A stretch of 64,000 nt of DNA from Candidatus Oxydemutator sp. (GTDB taxonomy: Bacteria > Pseudomonadota > Gammaproteobacteria > Poriferisulfidales > Oxydemutatoraceae), in NCBI GenBank assembly GCA_965203445.1, contig OZ241883.1:1280001-1344000 (forward strand), in the 5' to 3' direction. Shown here piece after piece: positions 45,634 to 58,579 of this stretch (the stretch's first letter is position 1; the number at the start of each line of letters is the position of its first letter). The position numbers were made by a program, and so were the translations under genes. Under the pieces are notes generated by a model. It was given only the letters and a program-made list of their open reading frames with translations. It was not told the DNA's origin and made no database searches.

Positions 45634-46104
45634 TTAATCGGGCGTCGGCCCGCCGCCCGGTTCGAATACGACGACCTGGACACCGTCCAGCTCCTGCAGG
45701 GCCGCTTGTATGCGGTCGCGCACCGCCGGCCAGTCCAGCCCGCCAAGGCCGCTGCCGAGCGCGGGGATGGCGACCGAGCGAATGTTGCGCACCCGGATTT
45801 CTTCGACAAGCGCCTGCAAACCGGACTCTATGTCCGCAATGCGGCTTTTGTCTCGCCAGTGTCGTTTGGTCGGAAAGTTGATGACGTAGCGGGGTGAGGC
45901 AAGTCCGTTCGTCTCAAAGACAAACACGCGCCCCGGCCGCATTTCACCGTGCTTACAACGGGCGGCGTAGGCCGCAAAGTTTTCGGGAAAGGCGCGCTTG
46001 AACTGGAGCGCAATTCCGCGCCCCATAACGCCGACACAGTTGACGGCGTTGACCAGGGCCTCGGCTTCTTGCGCGAGGACGTCCCCGGTTTTGTATTCGA
46101 TCAC
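45634..46104 (-). CDS. darG: DarG-type macrodomain (antitoxin N-terminal domain only)
   Basis: GD....EALVNAVNCVGVMGRGIALQFK..FPEN, INFPTKRHW, IPALGSGLGGLDW; ends right after VFEP with no DarG C-terminal domain. Confidence 0.8.
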   Translation of the reverse strand: MIEYKTGDVLAQEAEALVNAVNCVGVMGRGIALQFKRAFPENFAAYAARCKHGEMRPGRVFVFETNGLASPRYVINFPTKRHWRDKSRIADIESGLQALVEEIRVRNIRSVAIPALGSGLGGLDWPAVRDRIQAALQELDGVQVVVFEPGGGPTPD

Positions 46105-46123
46105 GACGGTCTCCCCGCCGCCG

Positions 46124-46255
46124 CTAATGATACCGCCCGTGCTTGACTTCGACAGGTGGCTTGGGCGTGGTGGCTTGTAGCGCTTCCTCGATAATCGAGG
46201 GCAGGCGGTCGGTGTGGACGACGTGGTAAATCTTCGGGTCGGCGGGTTCGGGCAT
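46124..46255 (-). pseudogene. darT: DarT (DUF4433) toxin remnant with an in-frame internal deletion (43 aa)
   Basis: MPEPADPKIYHVVHTDRLPSIIE|EALQATTPKPPVEVKHGRYH*: a DarT-like N-terminus joined to a DarT-like C-terminus, directly upstream of darG. Confidence 0.8.
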
Positions 46256-46257
46256 CG

Positions 46258-47421
46258 TCAAGCGGCTGCTTGTCGGTGGTACGCGAGGACGTCGGTCATC
46301 AGGCTTGGGATGCCCGGCACATAGGCGCCCATTCCTTTTTCGGTTTTTACTCCTCTGGGTGCCCAGATGTATCCCCGGTCTACAAGGCGTTCGCGCACTT
46401 CCTCGATGCGCTGTTCCGCCGTCGCCCGTTGTTCTTCCGACAGCGAAGCCGCTATTGCCTTGTTGATTTCATCCTCGGTCAGCGCTTCCGTGTTTGCGTA
46501 CGCGCTTGCCACCGCCGCCGCCGCCGTCGCGATCTTCAGTTTTCTTAGTTCCTCGCGTCGCCCTTGGTAGAACCTTTCTTTTTTCTGGTCGAAAGCCTGT
46601 TTCGCGCGCTTTGCCTCAGCATTTGTGATCGCGCTCGTCTTGCCGTTGCTCTTCGCTTCTTCCCAGAGGTTTTTCCCCCACAACTGAAGGAAGTACGGAT
46701 AGCCCTGGGTTTCCCTGACTATTTTCTCCAGCACCTCGTCGTCCACCTCGTAGCCTTCTTTTTCGAGCGGCACCTGGATTGCTTCTTTGGTGGCCTTTTC
46801 CCCCAGTGGTTGCAACGGCAGGATTTCCGAGCGTTCGATGAACGTCGCCTCCATCGCCCTCAGATGATTCATCAGGCCGGGAGTGCCCGCCAACACCAGC
46901 AGCAACGGGTTCTGGCCTCGTCTCGTCACCTGAGCCGCGTTAAACAGGAGCAGTCCTACCTTTGCATTCAGGATATGTGCTTCGTCAATCAGAATGACCA
47001 GCGGCCTCTTTTTTGTCCTCTGCGCCAGCACCTGTTTCAGCGACGTTTCTCCGTCTTGTCGCTTCATGTCCGCTCCCGCCGAGACGCCCGCCACGCTGAT
47101 CCTGGCGTTACGCAGCATGGAGAGGATTCCTCTCGGTGTCAGCTCTATGACGAGTTGGCCGACGGATTCAATCTCCGCGGCGCTGGTGTCGAGGATCTCG
47201 AATTTGCGCCGTTGCGCCTCGGTCGCGATCCACGTCAGCAGGCAGGTCTTTCCGTTGCCTCGGGGACCGTAGAGGATGAGATTCGCCGGCGGCGGTTCGC
47301 CGATCTCCATTACGTCCAATATTTGCGATACCGCGCTTTTTTCTTCTTCGCGGCCCGCGAGATGCGGCGGCGTGCTGCCCTCGCCGGGGCGGAAAGGATT
47401 GACCTGTTTCAGTTTGGCCAT
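46258..47421 (-). CDS. AAA/STAND-like P-loop ATPase (archaeal-ATPase/AAA_16-like)
   Basis: NPFRPG...PP.LAGRE, GPRGNGKT, LIDEAH, LAGTP, GYPYFLQ. Confidence 0.85.
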   Translation of the reverse strand: MAKLKQVNPFRPGEGSTPPHLAGREEEKSAVSQILDVMEIGEPPPANLILYGPRGNGKTCLLTWIATEAQRRKFEILDTSAAEIESVGQLVIELTPRGILSMLRNARISVAGVSAGADMKRQDGETSLKQVLAQRTKKRPLVILIDEAHILNAKVGLLLFNAAQVTRRGQNPLLLVLAGTPGLMNHLRAMEATFIERSEILPLQPLGEKATKEAIQVPLEKEGYEVDDEVLEKIVRETQGYPYFLQLWGKNLWEEAKSNGKTSAITNAEAKRAKQAFDQKKERFYQGRREELRKLKIATAAAAVASAYANTEALTEDEINKAIAASLSEEQRATAEQRIEEVRERLVDRGYIWAPRGVKTEKGMGAYVPGIPSLMTDVLAYHRQAAA

Positions 47422-47457
47422 GACGGCTTTGTATTGTACAACCATTATTTGTTTCTC

Positions 47458-48327
47458 CTAATCGGGCGCCGGCGCGCCCGCCGGTCGCGGTTCGTCTTTG
47501 CGCACGCGCCAGAACACCGGGAAGCGCGGCAATCCGCTTGTGGTGCGGCCGTGGTGTCTGAACGTTATGCTGCTGCCTATCGGCGGCGGCTCGCGGCGTT
47601 GGGCGTCGCTGAAGCCGCCGCCGATTTTGAAGCGCGTGCCGTCGTCGGCCTCCACCGTGATGCTGCCCATGACGCCGGCGAACTTGCCCTTGCCGGGGTT
47701 GTGCGCGACGACGCGCGCCTCGGCGTCGTCGAATTTCTTGAGTTTCAGCAGGTCGCCGGAACGCCCGCCGCGGTAGCGCGAGCGGTTGCGCCGCAGCATC
47801 AGTCCCTCGCCGCCGGCGGCGGTGACGGCGTCGAGTTTTGCGATAAGCGCCGCGTTGTCGCGGACTTTGTACTGGCGCACGAGCGCAAGATACGGGCTTG
47901 CGGCGGCGGCCACGACCGCGCGCAGTTCGCGCAGGCGTCGCTCGAACACCCGCGCCGACGGCAGGTCGAAGACCTGGTAGCGAACTTTGCGCCACCCTTC
48001 GTGCGGTGCTGCGCGGGTTACTATCGAGACGGTCTCGGCGAAGCGCCCGCGCCCGACCCACAGTTCGCCGTCGAGCGGCGTCGGGGGGAAACCGTCGGTG
48101 AACCAGGGCGGTGCGGCGAACGTGTTGCCGCCGCGCGAGATCAGCCGCGTTCCGTCCCAGCGCGCGCGCACGCCGTCGAGCTTCTCGCTGACCCAGTAGT
48201 CGTCAAGGTCGAGGCCGCCGGCGTATTTCGAGGCCAGGGCGAAGTCCGCGGCCTGGGCCTGGAAGGCGCCCGCGAGCAGCGCGCATGCCGCGATACCGCC
48301 GCTGATTTTTCGCAGTGTTCGAACCAT
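47458..48327 (-). CDS. Minimal ATP-dependent DNA ligase with signal peptide (Lig E type)
   Basis: N-terminal signal (AQA-ADF), SEKLDGVRA, LDGELW, EGLMLR, LLKLK, G.PRFPVF. Confidence 0.9.
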   Translation of the reverse strand: MVRTLRKISGGIAACALLAGAFQAQAADFALASKYAGGLDLDDYWVSEKLDGVRARWDGTRLISRGGNTFAAPPWFTDGFPPTPLDGELWVGRGRFAETVSIVTRAAPHEGWRKVRYQVFDLPSARVFERRLRELRAVVAAAASPYLALVRQYKVRDNAALIAKLDAVTAAGGEGLMLRRNRSRYRGGRSGDLLKLKKFDDAEARVVAHNPGKGKFAGVMGSITVEADDGTRFKIGGGFSDAQRREPPPIGSSITFRHHGRTTSGLPRFPVFWRVRKDEPRPAGAPAPD

Positions 48328-48444
48328 GATGCACGAGGCCCGGGCCCGTCGCCCGCGCCGCGCGAGTATCGTCGAACCGATTGCCGTTTGCGGCGTCGGC
48401 GGATGAACGGTATCAAATGGCCGACGAAGAAGCGCCCGGGTGTC

Positions 48445-48825
48445 TCAGGTCTGCGACCGCCGGGGACGCAGTTTGCGCACGCGCGTTACGCGGTCGCCGT
48501 CGAAGAACAACGTCAGCTTGAAGTACTTCTGCTTTTCTTTTTGCAGAGAGTCGAGGTAGTAGATGTAATCCCAGCGCTCGTCGTGAAACATGCTGGGCAG
48601 CACCGGTTGGCCGAGCAGATAGACGACCTGCTCCCTGGTCAGCCCCGGTTTGACGCGCGCTATGGTGTCGCCGTCGAGCAGGTTTCCCTGCGAGATGTCC
48701 ATCCGGTAAAAACGGTAGAACTCGCTGGAGAACATTTTGCTGAAATAGTCGCCGGCTTCCCGCCCGGCGCCGCCGGAACAGCCGCCGACGAGCAAAAACA
48801 GCGCGATCAGCGCCGATTTTCGCAA
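48445..48825 (-). CDS. bamE: Outer membrane protein assembly factor BamE
   Basis: Lipobox LVGGC, QGN, GLTREQV.YLLG.P, RWDYIY; divergent from fur. Start either TTG 48825 or ATG 48870. Confidence 0.88.
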   Translation of the reverse strand: MRKSALIALFLLVGGCSGGAGREAGDYFSKMFSSEFYRFYRMDISQGNLLDGDTIARVKPGLTREQVVYLLGQPVLPSMFHDERWDYIYYLDSLQKEKQKYFKLTLFFDGDRVTRVRKLRPRRSQT

Positions 48826-48917
48826 GCGCTTCGGTGATTTCTTTCCGTCGAGGGGTTCGGGTGGTACCATGCCTTATTATAAACCGCATCGGCGCCGATT
48901 ATCCGCCGGAGAAGAGT

Positions 48918-49358
48918 ATGCAAAAACAGGATCTGAAAAAAGCCGGTCTCAAGGTAACCATACCGCGTATGAGGATACTGGAGATCATGGAGCACTCCGA
49001 GGAGCGTCACATGACGGCCGAGGACATCTATCGCAAACTCCTCGATGAGCGGGAGGAAATCGGCCTGGCAACGGTGTACCGGGTGTTGACCCAGTTCGAG
49101 GCCGCCGGCATCGTCTTACGCCACCATTTTTCCGAGAAGGGTTCGGCTTGCTACGAGATCGATCACGGCGGTCACCATGACCACATGGTGTGCACGCAGT
49201 GCGGCGAGATCACCGAGTTCATGGACAAAACCATCGAGCAGCGCCAATGCGAGATCGCCAAACGGCACGGCTACTCGATCCACGACCACTCGCTGGTGAT
49301 GTACGTGGATTGCCTGGACGAGGACTGCAAAAACCGCAAGTCCCCGCGCGACGGATAA
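48918..49358 (+). CDS. fur: Ferric uptake regulator
   Basis: LKKAGLKVT.PR, IGLATVYRVLTQFE, HHDHMVC..CG. Confidence 0.96.
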   Translation: MQKQDLKKAGLKVTIPRMRILEIMEHSEERHMTAEDIYRKLLDEREEIGLATVYRVLTQFEAAGIVLRHHFSEKGSACYEIDHGGHHDHMVCTQCGEITEFMDKTIEQRQCEIAKRHGYSIHDHSLVMYVDCLDEDCKNRKSPRDG

Positions 49359-49433
49359 AGCGCGGGCGACGCGCCCCGAAAACAGCCCCGCGTTCGCCGC
49401 GGGTGCGGCGGCGCCGCGGCCAGCCGCGCGGCT

Positions 49434-51113
<1,680 letters not shown>

Positions 51114-51152
51114 CGTCGCTTGCGGTTCAAGGTGCTGGTCGCGTCTCCCCGG

Positions 51153-52040
51153 TCATAGTTTCTCGCTCCACTTGAGCTTGGTTCTGAGGGTCTCGAAGTA
51201 ATTGTGCGCAAGCGGCTGGATCAGTTTCAGTTTGTGCGCGAGCGGCCTGGTCACGACCTGATCGCCGGCCTCCATGTCGCGGCGTATCTGCCCGTCTATC
51301 GCCAGCACCGCCTTGTCGGTCTCGGACGGCGACACCGTCACCTCGATGGTTTCCTTCGAGCTTACGACCAGCGGCCGGTGGCTCAGCGTGTGCGGGCAGA
51401 TCGGTACCAGCAGCGTCGCCTCTATCGTCGGTTCGAGCAGCGGCCCGCCGCTCGACAGCGCGTAGGCGGTGGAACCGGTCGGGGTCGCGACGATGATGCC
51501 GTCCGACCAGATCGTGTTCAGAAACACCCCGTCTATGCGGGTTTCCATCTCGATCATGCGCGCCGGGTTTTTGTTGCGCACCGTCACGTCGTTGCAGGCG
51601 GCGAACCGTTCCAGGCGTTTCCCGTCGCGTACGTGCGTGGCGGCGAGCATCGCGCGTTCCTCGAGACGATACTCGCCCGCCAATATCGCGTCGAACCGTT
51701 CACGAAATCCGTGCGGCGGAATTTCGACGAGAAAGCCGAGCCGCCCCAGATTAACGCCGATGATCGGCACGCCGTGCGCGGCGCAGACGTGGCCCGCCTG
51801 GAGCAGCGTGCCGTCGCCGCCGACGGCGATCATCAGTTCGCAACGTCGCGCCAGCTCGGCGCGCGGCGCGAACGCGACCGCCGCGCGTGCCGAGACGTAG
51901 CCGCGGTCCTCGTCGCACACGGTCAGCGAGTCAAAGCGTTCGAGCAGGTAGGCGCACAGGCGGTCGCCGATCTCGCGCACTTCGTCGCCGCCGTGCTTCA
52001 GCATCAGGCCGACGCTTCTGACTTTGCGGATATCTTCCAT
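51153..52040 (-). CDS. nadK: NAD kinase
   Basis: GGDGT, GRLGFL, ATPTGSTAYALS.GGP. Confidence 0.95.
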   Translation of the reverse strand: MEDIRKVRSVGLMLKHGGDEVREIGDRLCAYLLERFDSLTVCDEDRGYVSARAAVAFAPRAELARRCELMIAVGGDGTLLQAGHVCAAHGVPIIGVNLGRLGFLVEIPPHGFRERFDAILAGEYRLEERAMLAATHVRDGKRLERFAACNDVTVRNKNPARMIEMETRIDGVFLNTIWSDGIIVATPTGSTAYALSSGGPLLEPTIEATLLVPICPHTLSHRPLVVSSKETIEVTVSPSETDKAVLAIDGQIRRDMEAGDQVVTRPLAHKLKLIQPLAHNYFETLRTKLKWSEKL

Positions 52041-52383
52041 CGGGTTGCCTCGTTTTGTGGCACCCCATTTTATAGGAAAGTCGGCGGGCGCCCCATGAGC
52101 GCGGGAGACATTTTGCCGTTCCGATCGCGCGGTTTCAGTCCGACTATTCCCGCGTCGGCGGGACGAGCCCGCGTATCCTCCCGTGAGATTCGGTGCAGCG
52201 CCGGTGATCAGACCAAAGCGGAAAAGTCCTATTGGCAAGCCATTCCATTGTGTCCGCGTGGACTGGCGCGGCCTGCACGAAAGTCCGCGCCCGGCCCTCC
52301 CGGAGAGAGCGCCAATAAGTGTTTTCTAAGGCGTTGATTACTCTGCGGAATATGCGCGTCGCACCGGGTTTCGCCGGGTTTCC

Positions 52384-52412
52384 CTTGAAACCCCTCGTGT
52401 TGCTCTCCATAT
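52384..52412 (+). promoter_or_regulatory. Putative sigma-32 promoter for grpE
   Basis: CTTGAAA-N14-CTCCATAT against the consensus CTTGAA-N13-15-CCCCATNT. Confidence 0.7.
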
Positions 52413-52454
52413 ATTCCTTACAGGGCCGCCTTTGCTCGGCCGTCGCTGGAAACC

Positions 52455-53123
52455 ATGAATGACGTAAGGGACCAGAAGGGAACGTCGTCGGCGGATGCTC
52501 CGGTAGAGGGGCCGACTGCCGTCGGCGAACCTGCACCCGACGAGGAGGACGTCGCGTCGGACGATCTGGCGGCGCGGTTGCAGGAAGCCGAGCGCCAGGT
52601 CGCGGAGAACCGCGACCAGTGGTTGCGGGCGCAGGCCGAGATGGAAAACCTGCGCAAGCGCACCGAGCGGCAGCTGGAACAGGCGAGAAAATACGCCATC
52701 GAGGGCTTCGCCTTCGAGATGCTGACCGTCAAGGACAACCTGGAGTTGGCTTTGCGCGAAGGCGAGGGCGGGTCGGGCGATGCGTCCGGCGAGAACAATC
52801 GGCGCGAGGGCGTCGAGTTGACGCTGAAAGTGCTGACACAGGCGTTCGACAAGTTCGGAATCGAGGAGATCAATCCGCGCGAAGAGTCATTCGATCCCGA
52901 ACGTCACCAGGCGATGTTGACGCAACCGAGCGACGAACATCCGCAAGGCACGGTGTTGAGCGTGATGCAGAAGGGCTATTCGGTGTGCGGACGCCTGCTG
53001 CGCCCGGCGTTGGTCGCGGTCGCCGGCGCCACACCGGACGGCGACGACGACGGCAACGGCAACAGCGGCGACGACGGTGGCGACGCCGAAAATCTCAAAC
53101 CGCCGAAGGAAAAGGGTTTATAA
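52455..53123 (+). CDS. grpE: Nucleotide exchange factor GrpE
   Basis: LRAQAEMENLRKR, FDPERHQAM, QKGY...RLLRPALV. Confidence 0.96.
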   Translation: MNDVRDQKGTSSADAPVEGPTAVGEPAPDEEDVASDDLAARLQEAERQVAENRDQWLRAQAEMENLRKRTERQLEQARKYAIEGFAFEMLTVKDNLELALREGEGGSGDASGENNRREGVELTLKVLTQAFDKFGIEEINPREESFDPERHQAMLTQPSDEHPQGTVLSVMQKGYSVCGRLLRPALVAVAGATPDGDDDGNGNSGDDGGDAENLKPPKEKGL

Positions 53124-53146
53124 ACCCCTGCAAACGCAGCGAAAGC

Positions 53147-53173
53147 CTTAGAAAGTGGGATTTTCCCCCATAA
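53147..53173 (+). promoter_or_regulatory. Possible sigma-32 promoter for dnaK
   Basis: CTTAGAAA...CCCCATAA; good -10, imperfect -35 and spacing. Confidence 0.45.
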
Positions 53174-53214
53174 CAATACTGAAATAGCAAAAATAAGCGA
53201 AAAGGAGACAGGCA

Positions 53215-55143
<1,929 letters not shown>

Positions 55144-55284
55144 TTGGAACCTCGTGGCGCGGCGTCAAGCGGCGCGGCGCCAAGCCTCGCGGGGCGGCGT
55201 TGCGACGCCCCGTTGTCGTCCTTTGTCGCCTGTAAGAACAGCCGAGGCGCGGGCGTAACCGGCGGGAGACAAGCGGTGTAGAGC

Positions 55285-56457
55285 ATGGCCAAGCGCGATT
55301 ACTACGAAGTCCTGGGCGTGTCGCGCCAGGCCGGCGACGAGCAGATACGCAACGCGTATCGCAAGCTCGCGATGAAGCATCACCCCGACCGCAATCAGGG
55401 GGACGAGAAAGCCGCGGCGAGTTTCAAGCAGGCCAAGGAAGCCTACGAGGTATTGTCCGACGCGCGCAAGCGCGCCGCCTACGACCAGTTCGGGCACGCC
55501 GGCGTGGATGCGTCGGCGGCGGCAGGCTTCGGCGGCGGCGGCGGCTTCGGTGGCGGCGGCGGCTTTCACGACGTCTTCGGCGACATCTTCGACGACTTTT
55601 TCGGCGCCGTGCGCGGGCACGGCGGCCGCGGCGCGCGCACGGGCCAGCGCACCGCCTATCGTGGCCGCGATCTCGAATACGAGTTGCGTCTGACCCTCGT
55701 GGAGGCGGCCTTCGGCGTCGAGAAGAACATCCGCGTCACGTCCATGCAGTCGTGCAACCGCTGCGACGGCAAGGGTGCCGAACCGGGCAGCGGCCTGCGC
55801 GACTGCCCGACCTGCCACGGCGACGGCCGGGTGCGGATGCAGCAGGGCTTCTTCTCGATCCAGCAGACTTGCCCGCATTGCCGCGGCCGGGGGCGCATCA
55901 TCGAGAAGCCGTGCGGCGATTGCGGCGGCGCCGGGCGCATGCGCGGCACGAAGACGCTGTCGGTGAAAATCCCCGCCGGCGTGAACCGCGAGGATCGCGT
56001 GCGTCTGTCCGGCGAAGGCGAGGCCGGCGCCGGCGGCGGCCCGCCCGGCGACCTTTACATAGTCGTGGACGTCGAACCGCATGAGGTGTTCGAGCGCGAC
56101 CACGCCGACCTGCTGATAGAGGTGCCGATCTCGTTTGCGACCGCGGCCTTGGGCGGCGAGGTCGAGGTGCCGACGCTGGCCGGGCGCGTCAAGCTGAAAG
56201 TTCCGGCGGGAACCCAGAGCGACAAATTGCTGAGGATACGCGGCAAGGGCATCCAGTCGGTGCGCGAACGAACCGTAGGCGACCTGATTTGCCGCGCGCG
56301 CGTCGAGACCCCGGTGAACCTGACCGCCCGCCAGAAGGAACTGCTGCGCGAACTCGACGATACGCTGAGCGCTACCTCGCACAAGCACATGCCTAAGGCC
56401 GGGCGTTGGATGGAAGGCATCAGGAACTTCTTTGAAAACCTGGATCTGAAGCTGTAG
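55285..56457 (+). CDS. dnaJ: Chaperone DnaJ
   Basis: HPD motif, G/F-rich region, four CxxCxGxG. Confidence 0.98.
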   Translation: MAKRDYYEVLGVSRQAGDEQIRNAYRKLAMKHHPDRNQGDEKAAASFKQAKEAYEVLSDARKRAAYDQFGHAGVDASAAAGFGGGGGFGGGGGFHDVFGDIFDDFFGAVRGHGGRGARTGQRTAYRGRDLEYELRLTLVEAAFGVEKNIRVTSMQSCNRCDGKGAEPGSGLRDCPTCHGDGRVRMQQGFFSIQQTCPHCRGRGRIIEKPCGDCGGAGRMRGTKTLSVKIPAGVNREDRVRLSGEGEAGAGGGPPGDLYIVVDVEPHEVFERDHADLLIEVPISFATAALGGEVEVPTLAGRVKLKVPAGTQSDKLLRIRGKGIQSVRERTVGDLICRARVETPVNLTARQKELLRELDDTLSATSHKHMPKAGRWMEGIRNFFENLDLKL

Positions 56458-56578
56458 GCCGAGCGGCCGGTTTGATGACCTGCGGCGGGCGCCGCCTTGG
56501 CGCCTTTTTGGTGCTGCTGGTGGCGCTGAAAGCCAAGCGGCAGCCTTGTTCCCGCTCCTCCTCCATTCTCGTACAACC

Positions 56579-56598
56579 CCCGTGAAAGCGGGAACCCG
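56579..56598 (+). repeat. REP-like palindrome, degenerate copy 3
   Basis: cccgtgaaagcgggaacccg matches 27151-27170 with one mismatch. Confidence 0.65.
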
Positions 56599-56676
56599 AA
56601 TCCGGTAAGAAACCAGGCGCCGTCGCCACGAATGTATATAATCCCCGTTTTCATTCATCAGGTTTTTCTTTGAGCG

Positions 56677-57507
56677 ATGCAGACCTCCGACAAAACTTCC
56701 CCACGTGCCGTTCGCGTCGCAATACACGGCGCCGAGGGGCGCATGGGCTGCGCCCTGGTTGCAGCCACAACGTCTTTTGCGGGACTGGCGCTGGCGCGCG
56801 CTTTTACGTACCCCGATTCTCCGCGCACTGGCGACGACGCCGGCATGGTCGCCGGCTGCGGTGAGACGGGCGTGGCGCTCGAATCGTCGGCCGCGGTCGC
56901 CGCCGCCGACTTCGACGTGTTGATTGACTTCTCGATACCGCAAGCCACTTTGCAGGTGTTGTCCGCGTGTGTTGCGGCGCGCCGCGCGATGGTCGTCGGC
57001 ACCACCGGTTTTGCGCCCGCGCAGGCGGACGCGCTCGAAGCCGCGGCCGGGACGATACCGTTGGTGGTCGCGCCCAACATGAGCATCGGCGTCAACCTGT
57101 GCCTTACGCTGCTGCGACAAGCCGCGACCGCGCTCGGCGCCGATGCCGACGTCGAGATCATCGAGGCGCACCACCGCCACAAAATAGACGCGCCGTCCGG
57201 CACCGCGCTGAAGATGGGCGAAGTCGTGGCCGCCGCCACCGGCCGCGACCTTAAGCAATGCGCCGTGTACGAACGCCACGGGCAGACCGGCGAACGCCCC
57301 GAAGGCGCAATCGGCTTCCAGAGCATCCGCGCCGGCGACGTCGTGGGCGACCACACCGTGATCTTCGCGCTCGCGGGCGAACGCGTGGAAATCTCGCACA
57401 AAGCCGCCAGCCGCCTGGCTTTCGTACGCGGCGCCCTGCACGCCGCCAAGTGGATCGCGAACCGCCCCCCGGGACTATACGACGTGAGGGACGTGCTGGG
57501 TTTGTGA
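56677..57507 (+). CDS. dapB: 4-hydroxy-tetrahydrodipicolinate reductase
   Basis: GAEGRMG, GTTG, EAHHRHKIDAPSGTA. Confidence 0.96.
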   Translation: MQTSDKTSPRAVRVAIHGAEGRMGCALVAATTSFAGLALARAFTYPDSPRTGDDAGMVAGCGETGVALESSAAVAAADFDVLIDFSIPQATLQVLSACVAARRAMVVGTTGFAPAQADALEAAAGTIPLVVAPNMSIGVNLCLTLLRQAATALGADADVEIIEAHHRHKIDAPSGTALKMGEVVAAATGRDLKQCAVYERHGQTGERPEGAIGFQSIRAGDVVGDHTVIFALAGERVEISHKAASRLAFVRGALHAAKWIANRPPGLYDVRDVLGL

Positions 57508-57528
57508 TTTGTCCATGAGAAATAAGAT

Positions 57529-58155
57529 ATGGACAATGAGAAACGTAACCGCTGGCCCAATGAACGTCTGGGAAGCATGGATAATGACAGATTCCACCGC
57601 CTTATCAGAGAATATAGAGAGGGGATAGAAGGCTCCCGTCTCTCCAGAAAGTCCATCATTCTATGGACGTTTGTTTCCATTCTCTATATCCGCGGTGGCC
57701 TGTCCCTGAAAACCGCTGGGACAGGCACGGTTTTAGGCGTATCAATCGAGGGGATTACGGAGGAGAAGCTTCTTTGGCTGCTGCTTATCCTGATAATGTA
57801 TTACGCAATCAAGTATGTTTTTGCTTTGCTGAAAATTCATCGCAGACTGGAAGTGTGTGAACAATTAAGTTTATTCAAGCTATGTTGCTGGTTTCTATTT
57901 GCCGTTTCGGATGAGCAAATGAAAAGGGCGGTGTCTGATCTAAGGATGGCACCGTATCCGGAACATACACAGAAGAATATAGGCGGGGATATGATAGTGA
58001 AAGATCTGGATGGAGAAGAGAGAAACACACTTCTATTCTGGCGGCACTCGCGCCTTTTTGGTGGGCTGGAATATGTTTTGATGCCGATAATCTTTCCGAC
58101 GACGCTGTTTCTTTGGGCACTGATCGAAATTGTGTGGCGTCTGTTCTCTATATGA
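57529..58155 (+). CDS. Hypothetical membrane protein (about 3 TM segments), low GC
   Basis: 208-aa ORF with hydrophobic stretches IILWTFVSILYI, LLWLLLILIMYYA and VLMPIIFPTTLFLWALI. Confidence 0.7.
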   Translation: MDNEKRNRWPNERLGSMDNDRFHRLIREYREGIEGSRLSRKSIILWTFVSILYIRGGLSLKTAGTGTVLGVSIEGITEEKLLWLLLILIMYYAIKYVFALLKIHRRLEVCEQLSLFKLCCWFLFAVSDEQMKRAVSDLRMAPYPEHTQKNIGGDMIVKDLDGEERNTLLFWRHSRLFGGLEYVLMPIIFPTTLFLWALIEIVWRLFSI

Positions 58156-58334
58156 AATCAATCCGGATCTTGCTTGGGTCGCCGGGACGTCCTGAACGTT
58201 TTGTCGTCGCTAGGGGAATCAGGCCGAATGCGCGGCATGCTGGGTTTGTGGTCTGCCCCACGACGCTCCCTGCCTCCCCGTTTCTATTTCAGCTTCCACG
58301 TGTTACTATCTTTACCGTCAACCAAGGAGGCTGA

Positions 58335-58556
58335 ATGATGAAAAAGAAACAATCCAGTCAGGGAGAACCCCCTCGCAGCGGGCGCGCGCAAAATTGTAAT
58401 GCCATACTGGAGAAGGCGTTGTCACGACCGGGAGTACGTGAGGTTATGGAGGTATATGGCCAGTGGCAGAAGCGGGACAAAGGACTTGACTCGTATCGGG
58501 CGGCGACGAAAGAAGCTTATCAAATTATCACTACGGATCACGCAAACGTCTCGTAG
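58335..58556 (+). CDS. Small hypothetical protein upstream of the serine protease
   Basis: RBS AAGGAGG at about 58324-58330; 73 aa; 23 bp from the next gene. Confidence 0.65.
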   Translation: MMKKKQSSQGEPPRSGRAQNCNAILEKALSRPGVREVMEVYGQWQKRDKGLDSYRAATKEAYQIITTDHANVS

Positions 58557-58579
58557 CCGCTTAACTGGCGGACTATTCC

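Larger units (their letters stand above)
45626..47473. repeat. Imperfect 24-bp direct repeat (45626-45649 and 47450-47473) flanking the AAA-darT'-darG' cassette
   Basis: tgtttcttttaatcgggcgtcggc vs tgtttctcctaatcgggcgccggc (21/24 match); each copy supplies the stop codon of a gene (macrodomain and ligase). Confidence 0.65.
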
